Positions 48,258-61,646 of a stretch of 64,000 nucleotides of DNA are shown here, in pieces. The position numbers and the translations under genes are program-made. The stretch lies in assembly GCA_038087875.1 (NCBI GenBank), contig CM075990.1, positions 12,278,001 through 12,342,000 on the forward strand, given 5' to 3'. This DNA is from Malacoraja senta (lineage: Eukaryota). Under the pieces are notes generated by a model, which saw nothing but the letters and a program-made list of their open reading frames with translations, was not told where the DNA came from and ran no database searches. Position 1 is the stretch's first letter, and the number at the start of each line of letters is the position of its first letter.

Positions 48258-50037
48258 TTGTTTCCCGATTGCACTGCTGTTTGGCTTGGCTCTGGGTTTG
48301 CCCCCCCTCGATTGGGCTTCAGTCCCTTCCCTTCACCCCCATCACCCGAAGGGACGGGGAAATGGAAGGTCAGGACATTGGTGAAAAGGTGGATGGCCAA
48401 AAGTGGGTGTGACGGATACGTGTGTGGTTGTGCATGCGTGCACGTGCACAGTCAGAGTGCTTCTGCGTGTGGTCAGTGTGAGTCTCAATGTGTATGCGTG
48501 CCTGTGTGTGTGTGGTCTATGCAGCCAAACCCAAACTCCAATCACCCTTTGCATCCCCCCTGACTTTCACACAGAGAGTGGTGATCTGTGGAATTCTCTG
48601 CCACGGAATGTAGTTGAGGCCAGTTCATTGGCTAAATTTAAGAGGGAGTTAGATGTGGCCCTTGTGGCTAAAGGGATCAGGGGGTATGGAGAGAAGGCAG
48701 GTACAGGATACTGAGTTGGATGATCAGCCATGATCATATTGAATGGCGGTGCAGGCTCGAAGGGCCGAATGGCCTACTCCTGCACCTATTTTCTGTGTTT
48801 CTATGTTTCTATCCCTCCACCACCCAACTCGTACTAGCTTCAAAGTCGTTGTGTTGAGTCTCATTATCTGTGCTCTTTGTCACCTAGTTCACAGCAAACA
48901 GTGGCCTGTTTCTTTTATCATTGCTACTTTTTTGCATATCTTTCATTCATTTGTTCTACATTACCGTCTATATCTCTACTTTCCCTTTCCCCTGACTCTC
49001 AGTCTGAGGAAGGGTCTTGGCCCGAAACGTCACCTCTCCCTTTTCTCCAGCGATGCTGTCTGACCCGCTGAGTTACTCCGGCTTGTTGTGACTAACCTCA
49101 GTCAGACCTTGTTGGATCAACAATGTGTGGCAGCAGGTATGTAATGCCCTCTCCACATTGACTGTGTCTTACACAGTCCCTCGGCAGGGAAATTAAAACA
49201 AGTCATTTCCTGCACTGTCTGTACTTGTGTCTACACTTTTAGCTCGAGCTGTCTGTTTGATGAAAGGTAGCAAGTTGTACGCCTTTGGTCGCCGACACTA
49301 AGATTGTAGCCCTTTAATTACAAGCCTCCACCTTTATCTGTGCATTCCCTATAATAAAGCAAGACTGACTGGTCCTTAATTACTTGTATTTTCTTTAAAG
49401 AAAAGCTATTTACTGCACTGTCGGGTTCTCCAAATCTACTGTCATTTCGGTCATTGAGTTTGATTAAGATGTGATTGTGATGCTAATGGCATTGACAGTG
49501 TGTTGATTGTGTGGCAGTTTAATTTATTGGAGGCAAAAAGGAAAGCAGGTGAAAGCATTCTGTGTTACTTCAAAAGTACATTTTAAATATAAGATGTGAC
49601 CTGTGAAACTGGAGAGGGAATGTCACCTGAAAGGGTCATTGTCTCGTGAATATTGTTCGGCAAACCTCTGCTTTCACATCTTTGCACGTGCCCTGACCTC
49701 TTAAGTCCCACTGTTGCAGATTGCACTGCCACTGGAAATATTGCAGACTGGAGAACAGGAGGAGGCCATTCAGCCCATCGACTTTATTCCCTTTTACAGT
49801 TATATCAAATAAACTAACATATTGTCTTAAAAATTAGCCTGTATGAGGGTCTTGTCAATAAATACTTGTTCAGACAAAAGGATTGATCGAGCCAACATCA
49901 ATATGTGAATTAAGCATGGGGGCAGGCCATTCGGTCCCTCTCTCCCGTTCCATAATTGATTAAGATCACAGCCGGTCTGATTGTACTGGTATTCCTGCCT
50001 ACCTCCTGTAACCTGTCATCCCTTTCTTATCAAGAAG

Positions 50038-50305
50038 GGCGGCAGAGTGTCTCCCAGCTGGTGGCGCTGCTACCTCAGTGCCAGAGATCCTGACCTCGAG
50101 TGCTGCCTGTGTGGAGTTTGCACGTTCGCTCCGAGTTTCCACCCACATCCCAAAAACGTGCGGGTGTGTAGGTTAATTGGCCTCTTTAAATTGCCCCTTG
50201 TGCTAATGCAAAAGTGGGATAACATAGAACGAGTGTGAATGAGTGATCAATGGTCAGCGTGGACTTGGTGAGACAAACAGCCAGGTTCCAGGCTGTAATT
50301 TTAAA
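50038..50305 (+). mobile_element. Older V-SINE copy
   Basis: Degenerate head and central domain. Confidence 0.7.
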
Positions 50306-51211
50306 TCAATTTCGTTCATCAAAAAGGATGGGTGACGTTTCGGCACGGGACCCTTTTTCAGACCAACCCGAAACATCACTCATCCTTTTCCTCCAGAGAT
50401 GCTGCCTGACCCACTGAGTTACTCCAGCACTTTGTGTCTATTAATTTTTTTGGTTTGCAAAAGTTTCAACTTTTAAGTTGTCACCCCCATCAGTTGCTGA
50501 ATCATCGAACGTCCATCTGTTGCACGCTTCCTTTCCCTTGAGTTTCCTTCCTTACTTGTGGTCGTTGCTGGACACATCAGTATTTATTGTCCATCCCTAA
50601 TTGTTGCTGACCTGAGGAAGTGCCAGTGGCTCTGACGCAGATATCAGCCAGAGCAGGTCAGGACAGTGTCTTTCCCTCCATCAAGGGCATTATTGAACCA
50701 GATGAGTTTCCAATGAAAATCTGTTTCTTCCAGATTTATTTAAATTTCTTGAACTTGCTACCATTACCTAGCTACCATTGTGGATTTGAACCCAAGCCTC
50801 TGGATCAATGTGTAGGAAGGAACTGCAGATGCTGGTTTACACCGAAGATAGACACAAAATGCTGGAGTAACTCAGCGGGACAGGCTGCATCTCTGGAGAG
50901 AAGCAATGGGTGACGTTTCGGGTCGAGACCCTTCTTCATCTATGAAGCTCAGGACCAATTGTCCCAAGACCTGGCTGCCAACTCCATTTGGCTGTTGAAT
51001 CTGGTGTTGAGTCCCAACAGCTGCCATGTGCACAGATGGCCATCGGAAGAGGTGGTGTTACTCCTTGAGCTGGACTTGGACTTCTTTGGAGCGATGTAGG
51101 AGGCCACATTGTCAATTTCTGCTTCAGCCTACGGAAATGTGCCAGTGTTTTCACTTCCGCCGCCCCATGTTGTCCAATGATCCATGTGTTTTTCTTTCTC
51201 TTGTCCCGCAG

Positions 51212-51317
51212 GTGATCGATGATGACTCCCCACCAAATAACCAGATCACCTACAGCATCTTCAACGCCTCCATTCTCAGCAACTCCTTTGATATCGGGGT
51301 GTCAGAAGGCTATGGAG
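51212..51317 (+). CDS. CDH23: Cadherin-23 coding exon (EC6; about human exon 17), 106 bp
   Basis: Pyrimidine tract plus CAG ending 51211, GTAAG at 51318. Encodes VIDDDSPPNNQITYSIFNASILSNSFDIGVSEGYG, versus recalled human ATDEDSPPNNQITYSIVSASAFGSYFDISLYEGYG. Confidence 0.93.
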
Positions 51318-51492
51318 GTAAGATGTTTTGCCTATGACTCAACGCCTCTCAGGCACAGGTTATGCAATGTGAGAGGTTGTGATAATGTTATTAGATGTGC
51401 TGGCGGGAGGGCGGGGGTAGCCCAGAACTAACTGGGGGGGTTATTGGGATGATCAGAAGCCATTCATTTCATTGTATATTTGTTGTAAGTAA

Positions 51493-51815
51493 TGGGCCTG
51501 TCCCACTTGGCGATTTTTTAGGCATCTGCCGGCGACTCTCACAGTTGTAGCAGGTCGCCGAAATACCGGCGACAACCTACGTCATCCTGGCGACAACCTA
51601 CGACAGCACCTACATCAGGAGAAGTCAAGCTACGCTCATTGGCGTCAAACCCACTGTCGCCAAAAAATGTTCAACATGTAGAAAATTTAGCGGCCAGACA
51701 ATTGACCAGAAAGACGCTATGACTTTACGACATTTTGCGCGACTGAGGAGACTACTCCCGGCGACAAACTAGTCGCCTGTAGTTGCCTAAAAAATCGCCA
51801 AGTGGGACAGGCCCA
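51493..51815. mobile_element. PIF/Harbinger-type MITE
   Basis: TIRs TGGGCCTGTCCCACTTGGCGATTTTTTAGGCA / TGCCTAAAAAATCGCCAAGTGGGACAGGCCCA; TAA at 51490-51492. Confidence 0.88.
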
Positions 51816-52221
51816 TTACTTACAACAAATATACAATGAAATGAATGGCTTCTGATCATTCCTATAACCCCCCTAGTTAGTTCTGGGACAAGGCCCATTA
51901 GTGATGATAAAAAGGTCCTGGCTTATAATGTGTTGGAATGGGAATCTCGATGCCTTGACTCTTCCACCAACTATTGCTTGGATTCAGTTACATGGACTTC
52001 CATTGAGGGTAAATGTATCAGCAGTGGCTTGGTAGCTGGTGCTTTCACCGCTCATTCAGGAGGTTGTGGGGTCAAGACCCACTCTGGAGTCATGAGTACC
52101 CTGATCTAAGCTGAAACTCATTGCGTACTGTGGCAGTTTTACACAACTTGAGATGGCGTTGGTTAGGTGAGGTGCATGGTGTGGTCCTCTCTGCCCTCTC
52201 CCTTCGACAGACAACGATTCG

Positions 52222-52497
52222 GTTTTAGTTTTGGAGATACAGCGCGGAAACAGGCCCTTTGGCCCACCAGGTTTGTGCCGACCAGCGATCCCCGCACATT
52301 AACACACTAGGGACAACTCACAATTATGACAAGCCAATTAGCCTACAAATCTGTACGTCTTTGGAGCGTGGGAGGAAACCGGAGCTCCCGGAGAAAACAC
52401 ACACTGGTCGCTGAGAGAACATACAAACTCCGTACAGACAGCACCCGTAGTCAGGATCAAACCCGGGTCCCTGGCGCTGCAAGGCGGCAACTCTACC
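52222..52497 (-). mobile_element. V-SINE (HE1-like)
   Basis: Same family as 3768-4075. Confidence 0.85.
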
Positions 52498-52582
52498 TGT
52501 GAGGATATTTTGAAGAATTCTGGGTGACTGTCCTGTAACACAGGCCATAATTTTCCCTCCATCAACATTTCTGTCTGTTGCT

Positions 52583-52828
52583 GGTAGACAAAAATGCTGG
52601 AGAAACTCAGCGGGCGCAGCAGCATCTATGGAGCGAAGGAAATAGGCAACGTTTCGGCCCGAAACCCTTCCGGGTTTCGTCCCGAAACGTTGCCTATTTC
52701 CTTCAGGGTTTCGGCCCGAAAACGTTGCCTATTTCCTTCGCTCCATAGATGCTGCTGCACCCGCTGAGTTTCTCCAGCATTTTTGTCGACCGTCGATTTT
52801 CCAGCATCTGCAGTTCATTCTTAAACAC
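52583..52828. mobile_element. Palindromic Penelope-terminus insert with an internally duplicated hammerhead-like segment
   Basis: Inverted arms; GGGTTTCG.CCCGAAACGTTGCCTATTTCCTTC occurs twice in tandem. Confidence 0.85.
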
Positions 52829-53359
52829 TTTATATCTGTTGCTGTTGCTGTTTATGGGAATATTTCAAGCACAATCTATCAGCAATATTTCTGACATTAC
52901 ACCTGTGACTACACTCCAGAAGTGATTCATTAGCTGTAGAATCCTTTGGAATGTCATGAAAGAAATGTCAGGGACAGAATAGAAATACAAGTCTCTCTGA
53001 TCTTCAGTATTCTCTTGTCTGCTGCCGCCGCTGTGTGACACTGCTTGCCTGATCACTTGTCACAACTTGTTAGAACTTCCTTTGTCTGTGCAGTTTCTCA
53101 GTTTGGTGGGCTGTCAGTATTGAAGATAAGAAAAATGTGATGCTTCTGGGTGCGATGCAAAGCTTTAAATCTTCGAAGCTTTGTGGGGCAAAGGGTCCCA
53201 TTGGGAAATAAGATGTAAAGATTAGAATGCAGTTGCCTCGTCATTCACTTCCCAACCCCACCCATTGCTCTCCCTCCAACTCCATCCCATCTTTCAGTTC
53301 TTTTCTTTGATTAATTCCCAAGGTCTCGGCCAGCTTGGCCAACTCCAAACCAACACTGC

Positions 53360-53760
53360 TTTAAGTTTAGAGATACAGCATGGAAACAGGCCCTTCGGCC
53401 CATCAAGTCCACGCTGACCATCGCTTGCCCCTTCACACTAGTTCTATGTTTTGCCACTTTCTCATCCGCTCCCTGTACACCTTTACAGAGGCCAATCAAC
53501 CTTCAAACCTGCACGTCTTTGGAGTGTGAGAGGAAACCGGAGCACCCGGAGGAACCCCATACAGTCACAGGGAGAACGTGCAAACTCCACATGGACAGCA
53601 CCCGTAGTCAGGGTCGAACCCAGGTCTCTGGCACTAAGGCAGCAACCCTTACTAAGGACAGCCACCAACCGGGACAGCACCCGAGGCCAGAATCGAACCA
53701 GGGTCTCTGGTGCGGTGAGGCAGGAGCTCTACCCGCTGCACCACTGTGCCATCACCGTGC
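53360..53760 (-). mobile_element. V-SINE with a duplicated head region
   Basis: GGACAGCACCCG...TCGAACC..GGTCTCTGG occurs twice. Confidence 0.75.
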
Positions 53761-53982
53761 GGAGCCAGTTGGCAATTGGTTTAATGTGTTGATGGGTGTC
53801 TACCCTTTGAGCGTGACCCCCACCTTGACTCAGACTCTGCGGATGTGAAAGGCACAGATCTGTCCTGAACTCTTGTAATGGAGTGACACATACTGGCGCA
53901 TGTTCCCCATGGGTTGATGTAAGGATGCAAAAGGCCATTATTTAAAATCAGGAATGTTACAAGTTTTAAATTTGATCATTTT

Positions 53983-54270
53983 GGGCGGCGCAGCGGTGGA
54001 GTTGCTGCCTTACAGCACCAGAGACCCGGGTTTGATCCTGACTACGGGTGCTGTCTGTACATTCTCTTCATGACCTGCGTGAGTTTTCTCCGGGATCTCC
54101 GGTTTCCTCCCACACTCCAAAGACGTGCAGGTTTGCAGGTTAATTGGCTCGGTATAATTGTAAATTGTCCCTAGCGTGCGGAGTGTAGTGTTACTGTACG
54201 GGGATTGCTGGTTGGCGCGGACTCGGTGGGCTGAAGCGCCCGTTTCCGCGCTGTATCTCTAAACTAAACG
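53983..54270 (+). mobile_element. V-SINE (HE1-like)
   Basis: Same family as 3768-4075. Confidence 0.88.
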
Positions 54271-54487
54271 AAATCATTTACAGTGATTGAAATTTCAACA
54301 GTTTTAACATTGAAATAGAAAATGGAACCAAATGTAGACCACGTGGTCCTTTGAAACTGCCCCACCTTTCATTACGGTTGTAGTTCTTCACCTCCCTCAC
54401 AGCACAGTGGCTGGCACTATGTCAGGCTGTGCTGTAAGGCAGGGTAGGGCAAACACTATGCCAGTAATTGTGAAAGCGTACTCTGCA

Positions 54488-54900
54488 GAGACGGACATTT
54501 CTGTGGCTGCAAACAAGACTCCAGGATGGTGTGGTGCTTCCCTGTTGCCACGGTCAAAGTTGTCTCAGAGTGAGCTTCGGACATTCTGAAATGAGCAGGC
54601 AAATCAGACCAATTCTTAAAGATTTGGTCTCCCTTTACGATTTATTACAAGCATATGGTGCAACATAACCCTGGAAATTAACTGTTTCAGAACCGGGTGA
54701 GGGGTGCACAAAGATATCAAGCAGCTATATCCCTTTTATCTTTTTAATTTTTTTCTCTTTTTTCTCTTTTCTCTTCTTCTCTCTCTTTTTACTGCACTTT
54801 TTCACAATCTATTACTTTCACCACCTTATCTACCTTTCTTTTTCTCTCTTTTTGCTTCCACTACTTTTTTATTATTCAATTTAAAAATATAAAAAGTGAA
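54488..54900 (+). mobile_element. CR1 ORF1-like remnant (about 54488-54596) next to an L1 3' end remnant (about 54597-54900)
   Basis: First part translates roughly to FCGCKQDSRMVWCFPVATVKVVSE (CR1 ORF1 esterase-like). Second part resembles the end of the 25853-28277 L1 (TTATTACAAG.ATA.GGTGCAA, pyrimidine-rich UTR). Confidence 0.6.
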
Positions 54901-54970
54901 ATGAGCACCGACTCACTGAGTTACTCCATCACATTGTTTTTGTCTTCCAGACCAGCCTGCAAGGAATACA

Positions 54971-55164
54971 TGTGTCGGAAGGAACTGCAGATGCTGGTTT
55001 AAACCCAAGATAGACGCAAAAAGCTGGAGTAACTCAGAGGGTCTCTGGAGAAAAGGAATAGATGATGTTTTGGGTGAAGAAGGATCTCGACCTGAAACGT
55101 CACCTATTCCTTTTCTCCACAGATGCTGTCTGACCCTCTGAGTTACGCCAGCTTTTTGTGTCAA
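54971..55164. mobile_element. Palindromic Penelope-terminus insert with 13-bp TSD
   Basis: TGCAAGGAATACA at 54958-54970 and 55165-55177. Confidence 0.85.
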
Positions 55165-55359
55165 TGCAAGGAATACAGTTCCTTGTGTCTGCAAGTTCAG
55201 GAAGTTTAATATCACATCCAAAAGATGGCTCTTTCCACCATGCTGCGCTCCCTCAGTTCAGCCGACTAAATTAACCACTTGTGTCATTGGTGGTCATCAA
55301 CCCACAACCTCGGACTGGGATATCAGACATCGTCCCCTGCTTAGCCATCACCAACATCT

Positions 55360-55705
55360 CCAAAGATAGACACAAAAATCTGGAGTAACTCAGCGGGACA
55401 GGCAGCATGTCTGGAGAGAAGGAATGGGTGACATTTCGGGTCGAGACCCTTCTTCAGACTAAAGTCAAGTCACTTTTATTTATATAGCACATTTAAAAAA
55501 CAACTCTCGTTGGCCAAAGTGCTTTACATTGGTGGAGGTACTAACGTTATACAACAGTGGTTCATAGATTAAATACATAAAGAAGGGTCTCAACCCAAGA
55601 CGTCACCGCTTCCTTATCTCCAGAGATCATGCCTGTCCCGCTGAATTACTCCAGCTTTTAGTGTCCAGCTTTGGTTAAAACCATCATCTACAGTTCCTTC
55701 CCACA
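55360..55705. mobile_element. Palindromic Penelope-terminus insert interrupted by an L2-like tail (about 55461-55579, - strand)
   Basis: Arms of the terminal-repeat family; the insert TTTATTTATATAGCACATTTAAAAAACAACTC...GTGCTTTACA also occurs near 35153-35390. Confidence 0.7.
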
Positions 55706-56764
55706 ACAACGTCCAACCTTGAACTGTGATGTTTTGGCCCTCTGATTCAGTTGGAATCTCGGGACCTGGGACTCTTTCCCCTCTCACTGAGAGCAGGTGG
55801 GGAAGCAGGAGGCAGATGTTTGCCTCCAGCTGTGTACGCCTGTCACGCAAAAATAATAAGCCTAAAGAAAGGAAATAACTCTCTGAACGGTTTTCACAAG
55901 TATTACCATAAATACACAACACAATGAAACAGAAGGGTCATTATTCTTAAACCTTTGTCACAATGTAATTACATGCAATGGTTAAAAATAGCTCCCTGTT
56001 TTGTTAAGACCACAAACTGCATGCTAATAGTGTTCTCACAAAAGCATGACTTGCACTGCAAGATGTTCTGCCTGTTGAAAAATCTCACCGTTCCACAAAA
56101 TACTTCGAGTGAAGCTCAACGAATGGGATTTAATTTAATCCCTCACCTCTGCGACAGCTCTGCTCTGAAATAAGTGGCTTCTTACAAATTTCTCTCCAGT
56201 CATTTTTTGTTGTTGTAAAGAACGACTGGACTTTTTGCTTCTTCTGATCTCCGCGATTCAACCAGTGAGCAAGAAGAGACCTGGTCCCAGTTCTGTGCGA
56301 ATCTGTTCTGAAACTAGCCAAAAAGGACAGTGTAATGAAGGATTTGCCTTGTTATAGCGCCAGGTGTCATCTCAGAAGATCCAAGGTACTTTAATGCCAA
56401 TGAAAGGTTTTCAACATAACAGACGAACATGTCGGGGAGGCTCAGCAGGTCAGGCAGCATCTGTGGAGAGGTTGTTTCAGATCAATGACTTTCCGTCAGA
56501 ATAGGAAAGGTGAGAGCCAGGATTACAGTGTGGATGGGGGAGGAGAAAACGGAGAGAAGGTCTGCGAAAGACCAAGAATGTTCAGGTGGCCCAACTGCTG
56601 GGTACCGTCTGAAATAGAGTGATGAATTCTCATCAATGTGTGGACTGGTGGAGTGGAGGGGGGAAACATTTCCAAAGTGCACTCCATGTAGGAATTGCAG
56701 AAGCCAATTTGCTCACACAACCTGGTTTGCATTTGGGTTTATTCTTGTGCAGTGAAAAGCTTGC

Positions 56765-57260
56765 ATCGTGGCTTGGTTCGGCAACTTGAGCGCCCTGGAG
56801 AGGAAAAGACTACAAAAAGTAGTAAACACTGCACAGTCCATCATCGGCTCTGACCTCCCTTCCATCGAGGGGATCTACCACAGTCGCTGCCTCAAAAAGG
56901 CTGGCAGCATCATCAAGGACCCACACCATCCTGGCCACACACTCATCTCCCTACTACCTTCAGGTAGAAGGTACAGGAGCCTGAAGACTGCAACGACCAG
57001 GTTCAGGAACAGCTACTTCCCCACAGCCATCAGGCTATTAAACCTGGCTCGGACATAACACTGAACTTTACTAGCCAATACTGTTATTTGCACTTTATCA
57101 GTATATTGACCATTGTGTATATATTTATAGAATGCCTTGTAGTAAATGCCTACTATGTTCTGTTGTGCTCAAGCAAAGTAAGAATTTCATTGTCCTACCA
57201 GGGACACATGACAATAAACTCACTTGACTTGACTTGACTTGACTTGACTTGACTTGACTT
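56765..57260 (+). mobile_element. Rex/Babar-type LINE 3' end
   Basis: AWFGN...RKRLQKVVNTAQSIIG..LPSI...RCLKKAGSIIKDPHHPGHTL..LLPSGRRYRS...RFRNSYFPTAIRLLN*, UTR, AATAAA, (CTTGA)n tail. Confidence 0.8.
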
Positions 57261-57467
57261 TCTTTTGCATGCTAACAAATCAGGTAATACTACACACAAG
57301 TACAATCAGCCCCGACCAAAGTATAATAACAGCACCTTTATACAAATTAATCATCCACCTTTGATGGTGTGGAAGGGAAACATATTTGCCTGGTCATTTG
57401 GCCTCACTCCCCACTATTCCTAAATATTGGAACAAGATAATTTCTATCCAATGAATATAGGAAAGAT

Positions 57468-57670
57468 TGACCCAAAGTGCAGGAGTAACTCAGCGGATCT
57501 TGCAGCATCTCTGGAGAAAAGGATGGGTGCCGTTTCGGGTCAAAACCCTTCTTCAGACTCTTCAGACCCACCCTCTTTCTCCAGAGATGCTGCCTGACCT
57601 GCTGAGTTGCTGACCAGCATGTTTTGTCCATCTTCGGTATAAACCAGCTTCTGCAGTTCCTTTCTACACA
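57468..57670. mobile_element. Palindromic Penelope-terminus insert
   Basis: Inverted arms; GAATATAGG on both flanks. Confidence 0.75.
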
Positions 57671-59197
57671 GGGAATATAGGGACTTGATTTAATGTCTCA
57701 CCTGAAAGGTGACAATGAAACAATAGTCATTTCACCGTCTAGTGTTAGCCTGGAGTTGTACTCAAGGTGTTGGAGCAAATTTTAATCTCTTAAACTGCCT
57801 GGCTCCAGTTAGATTGCACCCGTTGATAGGGAAGCAAGTACAGAGGAACATGCTCATTCGCACGTGGACATCATATTGTTACGATGCTGGTGATGCAAAC
57901 AGTTGGGAATGTGAATGATGTGGTGGCCTTTTTGCATTCAGGTTGATCTACAAGAGAAATATTGTTCGATCGTATCGGACTTTAACGAGACAACATCTGC
58001 GCACAATGTGTTCTTCACACCTGAAGAAGGGCATACACAATGGAGTCAGTGCAGCATAGATTCACTGGATGAATTCTAGAATTGTTGGCTGGGTCTGTAC
58101 TCATTGAGAGGTGATCTTGTTTCCAATAAGATTAGGAGAGAGATTGATAGGGAAGCTGCTCGGAGACTGAGTCTGGAACCAGGTCGTAGTAGGTTTAGGA
58201 GTTGGACATTTAGGGACTTGGATGAGAAGAAATCCCTTCATTCAGAGCACTGTGACGCTCGAGAGTGTCTTATCCAATGGCTGGTGGGTACTTGATTTTC
58301 AAGTATACTCAAAGCTGAGACTGATAGACGTTTGAACGAAGCGCTTCAAAGGATTTGAGTATTTGATGGGAAAGCGAAGTTGATCAACTGTGATCTTATG
58401 ATGGAACAGGTTCAAATCCTTCTTCTACTTGTTTTCTTATAAATGTAAATGCTTTGGCAGAGGTGGCTGTTTTTTTTTTTTAAAGAAAGTCTTAAGCTTG
58501 TAATTCCTTCATTTGCAAACATCAGGCTCATAGGATTGAATGTTAGCAGTCACCCAGGAGTTGCATTCATCCTTTTGACTGCAACTAATGCAGTGCCGTG
58601 AGATCAGGGCAAAGAGAGGAACATCTGTCCTCTGCACACGAGGAACACATTTCCAGCCTTTCAAGGTTCCTGTTTCACATCAACCAACATGTAGAAATGT
58701 TCCGGTTAACCGTCTGGAATGCTCTGTGTATTGATCAGCTGCAGATGATATTTGATTGTCCTCTTGAATTGATGCTGTTAATTACAACCAAGAAATGATT
58801 ATCTGTGCCTGTAGTGGGCAAGTGTTTAATGTGCCCTTATGACAGTACTCTCCTATAATTTTAATTAAAAATGTTCAAAAATCAATGGTTCTGTCTCTGG
58901 AGATGTATTTAATAGTGAAGCAGGCAATTAATTTTTACAGAGTCAAACAAGTTTAAATTATCTGTTGCTGATGAGGATAAATCGGAAACTTGAAAAAAAT
59001 ACAGCTACTGTTGTAATCTCCAGTCTGAAGAAGGGTCCTGACCCCAAACGTCGCCTGTCCAATCCCTTCACATACGCTGCGTGACCTGCTGAGTACCTCC
59101 AACATCGTGGGTTTTGCTCAATCTACTGTTGTGTTAGAATTCAGGCCTGATCATCTTTCTCAGCAATAATCTTCCTCATTGCCTTTCTGTTTTCCAG

Positions 59198-59325
59198 TTG
59201 TGATCGTCACCAGGCCCATTGACTTTGAGCAGGTACCAGGAGGGTTCATCTACCTGACTGTCATGGCCAAAGATGCTGGGACCCCGTCTCTCCATAGTAC
59301 AGTACCTGTGATTGTCGAAGTCTTT
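59198..59325 (+). CDS. CDH23: Cadherin-23 coding exon (EC6; about human exon 18), 128 bp
   Basis: TTTCCAG acceptor ending 59197, GTAAGT at 59326; phase fits the previous exon. Encodes VVIVTRPIDFEQVPGGFIYLTVMAKDAGTPSLHSTVPVIVEVF, versus recalled human VISVSRPLDYEQISNGLIYLTVMAMDAGNPPLNSTVPVTIEVF. Confidence 0.93.
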
Positions 59326-61361
59326 GTAAGTATGCATCAGTCCATATTGTTACTGCTTCTAGCACTTGTGGCAATGCAGGTTCGTTCTGGGCAAAGATAC
59401 TAGAGGAGCAAGATAGACCACTCCTACAAAATCCAATGGACTGACGTGTAGTATGCAACGGTACGCAATGGAATGTCACTTCCGCCATTTTAGGAATAAG
59501 ACTTCCGTTATGCCTCTCGCTGTTTATATCTTTGGTTCTGGGAAGTGGGAGGGATCTGTGGTGGCCTCGCTATCACTAAAGAATCTACCGTGGGATCTTA
59601 GTGCCAATATCAGATGGGGAAAAACGAGATTTCCATTCATGCAGCATGTTGCACAAATCCAGTAAAGTGTTATAAAATATAAACAGAAAATACTGGAAGC
59701 GTTCAACAGTTCGGGCAACATCTGGGGAAAGATTAACAGAGTTTAAAGTTCGGGTCTGAGATTATTCATTGGCATTGGTTTGACTTATTATTGTCACATG
59801 CACCAAGGTTCAGGGAAAACTGCAGGTGCCGAGAAAGGCTCTCATACCTGAAAGAGTTTCCCTTTCCACGGATGCTGCCTGACCTGCTGAATGTTTCCAA
59901 CATCTTCTGTTTTAGTCACAGATTTCCAGAATCTGCATTTTTAAGAATGTCTTAAAGCACCGACATAGGGAAGCATCCGAACTATGCATCAGGACAGTTC
60001 GTAATCAAAAACTATAGCTAAAGAATCCAAAAGTGTGGTCAAAGTGATGTGTTTTTCAAAGAGCTTCTTATTAGGGGAAGGAGAAGTTGGGAGTTTTGGA
60101 TCTTCTTATCGAGTCCACACACAAGATTAGAAGTTGTTCAGCCAAAGCAGAACACACTTCTCAGCCTCTGCATAATGGTGTCTGTCTTGTGCTTCTTGTG
60201 TGTGGTGGTGGAAAGATTGGTGAAAACAGGGCCGCGACGTGAACGCTCTTTCCTTGACCCCGGAGTTTTGGATGCTGGCAGTTGAAGGTAGGGTTTGTGG
60301 TGATAGAAACATAGAAACATAGAAACATAGAAATTAGGTGCAGGAGTAGGCCATTCGGCCCTTCGAGCCTGCACCGCCATTCAATATGATCATGGCTGAT
60401 CATCCAACTCAGTATCCAGTACCTGCCTTCTCTCCATACCCTCTGATCCCTTTAGCCACAAGGGCCACATCTAACTCCCTCTTAAATATAGCCAATGAAC
60501 TGGCCTCGACTACCCTCTGTGGCAGAGTGTTCCAGAGATTCACCACTCTGATGGAGCAATTCAATCTGTGGATGATCAATGGACCAGAAGTAGTGGCGCA
60601 CTGTGTCATGGAATTGTAGGAGGCAAGAGATAAGGAGGGCTGAGACCAAGGAAAGGAGGGAAAAATGGTTTTAAGAATTAAGGTAATGCAAAGTGGGTCA
60701 GCAAGCATGGGTGAACAGGACCTAGTATGTGTTGGAGCTCATGCAGCTGGACTTTGAATGATTTGACGTTTAGGAGAATAGAACGAGGGAGGATATCAGG
60801 AGTGTTGGAATATCATGGTCAAAGGCGAGCTGAAGCAGAACGGGAGTTGGATATGTAGTCAATACCTCATTGCAGGGTTGATTACAATCTCAAGGTTGTT
60901 GACAGTCTGGTGGTTGGTCCAACAAGTTGCCAAGAGGAGAGGTGTTGTCATTGACAGCGATCTGTCCAACATTTAGTTGAAAGGAATTTCTACTCCTTCA
61001 TTATTCAGTCTCTGACAAACACAATGAGAAGTTAAGATGAATGGTACTTCAGAATATTTAAAAACTAATTTTAGCTAATGATGAAGGACATGAACTGTAA
61101 TTAGTATCGAATGTCGGAATTGCTGCAGTCATTTGGACACCAAGATCCCAGAAGCATTGAGATAATCCGACTAAGTTGTTTGGGGGGTGAATATTGGGCC
61201 TGCGCTTCTTCAAAATAGTAATCTTTTATACCACTGAGTGTAAATTTGAGATTAGCATAGTATCACCAATTGAAACACAGTGACCATTTACAGTCTCACT
61301 GGTGCAGCCTTTAAAGTATCTCAAATTAATACTTTGTGAAGGGTGACAAGTTAGTTTATTA

Positions 61362-61646
61362 ATTTAGTTTAGAAATACAGTGTAGAAACAGGCCCGCCAA
61401 CCCAATTAGTCCGCACCGACCAGTGATCCCCGAACACTAACACTATCCCACGCAAACGCAGGACAATTTACAATTTTATCAAGCCAAACCAGTACGTCTA
61501 TGGAGTGTGGGAGAAAACCGGAGCACCCGGAGAAAACCATTGCAGGTCACGGGGAGAACGTACAAACTCCGTTCAGACAGAGCCTGTGGTCAGGGTTGAA
61601 CCACGTTCTATGGCGCTGTGAGGCAGCAACTCTACCGCTGCACCCC
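61362..61646 (-). mobile_element. V-SINE (HE1-like)
   Basis: Same family as 3768-4075. Confidence 0.85.
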
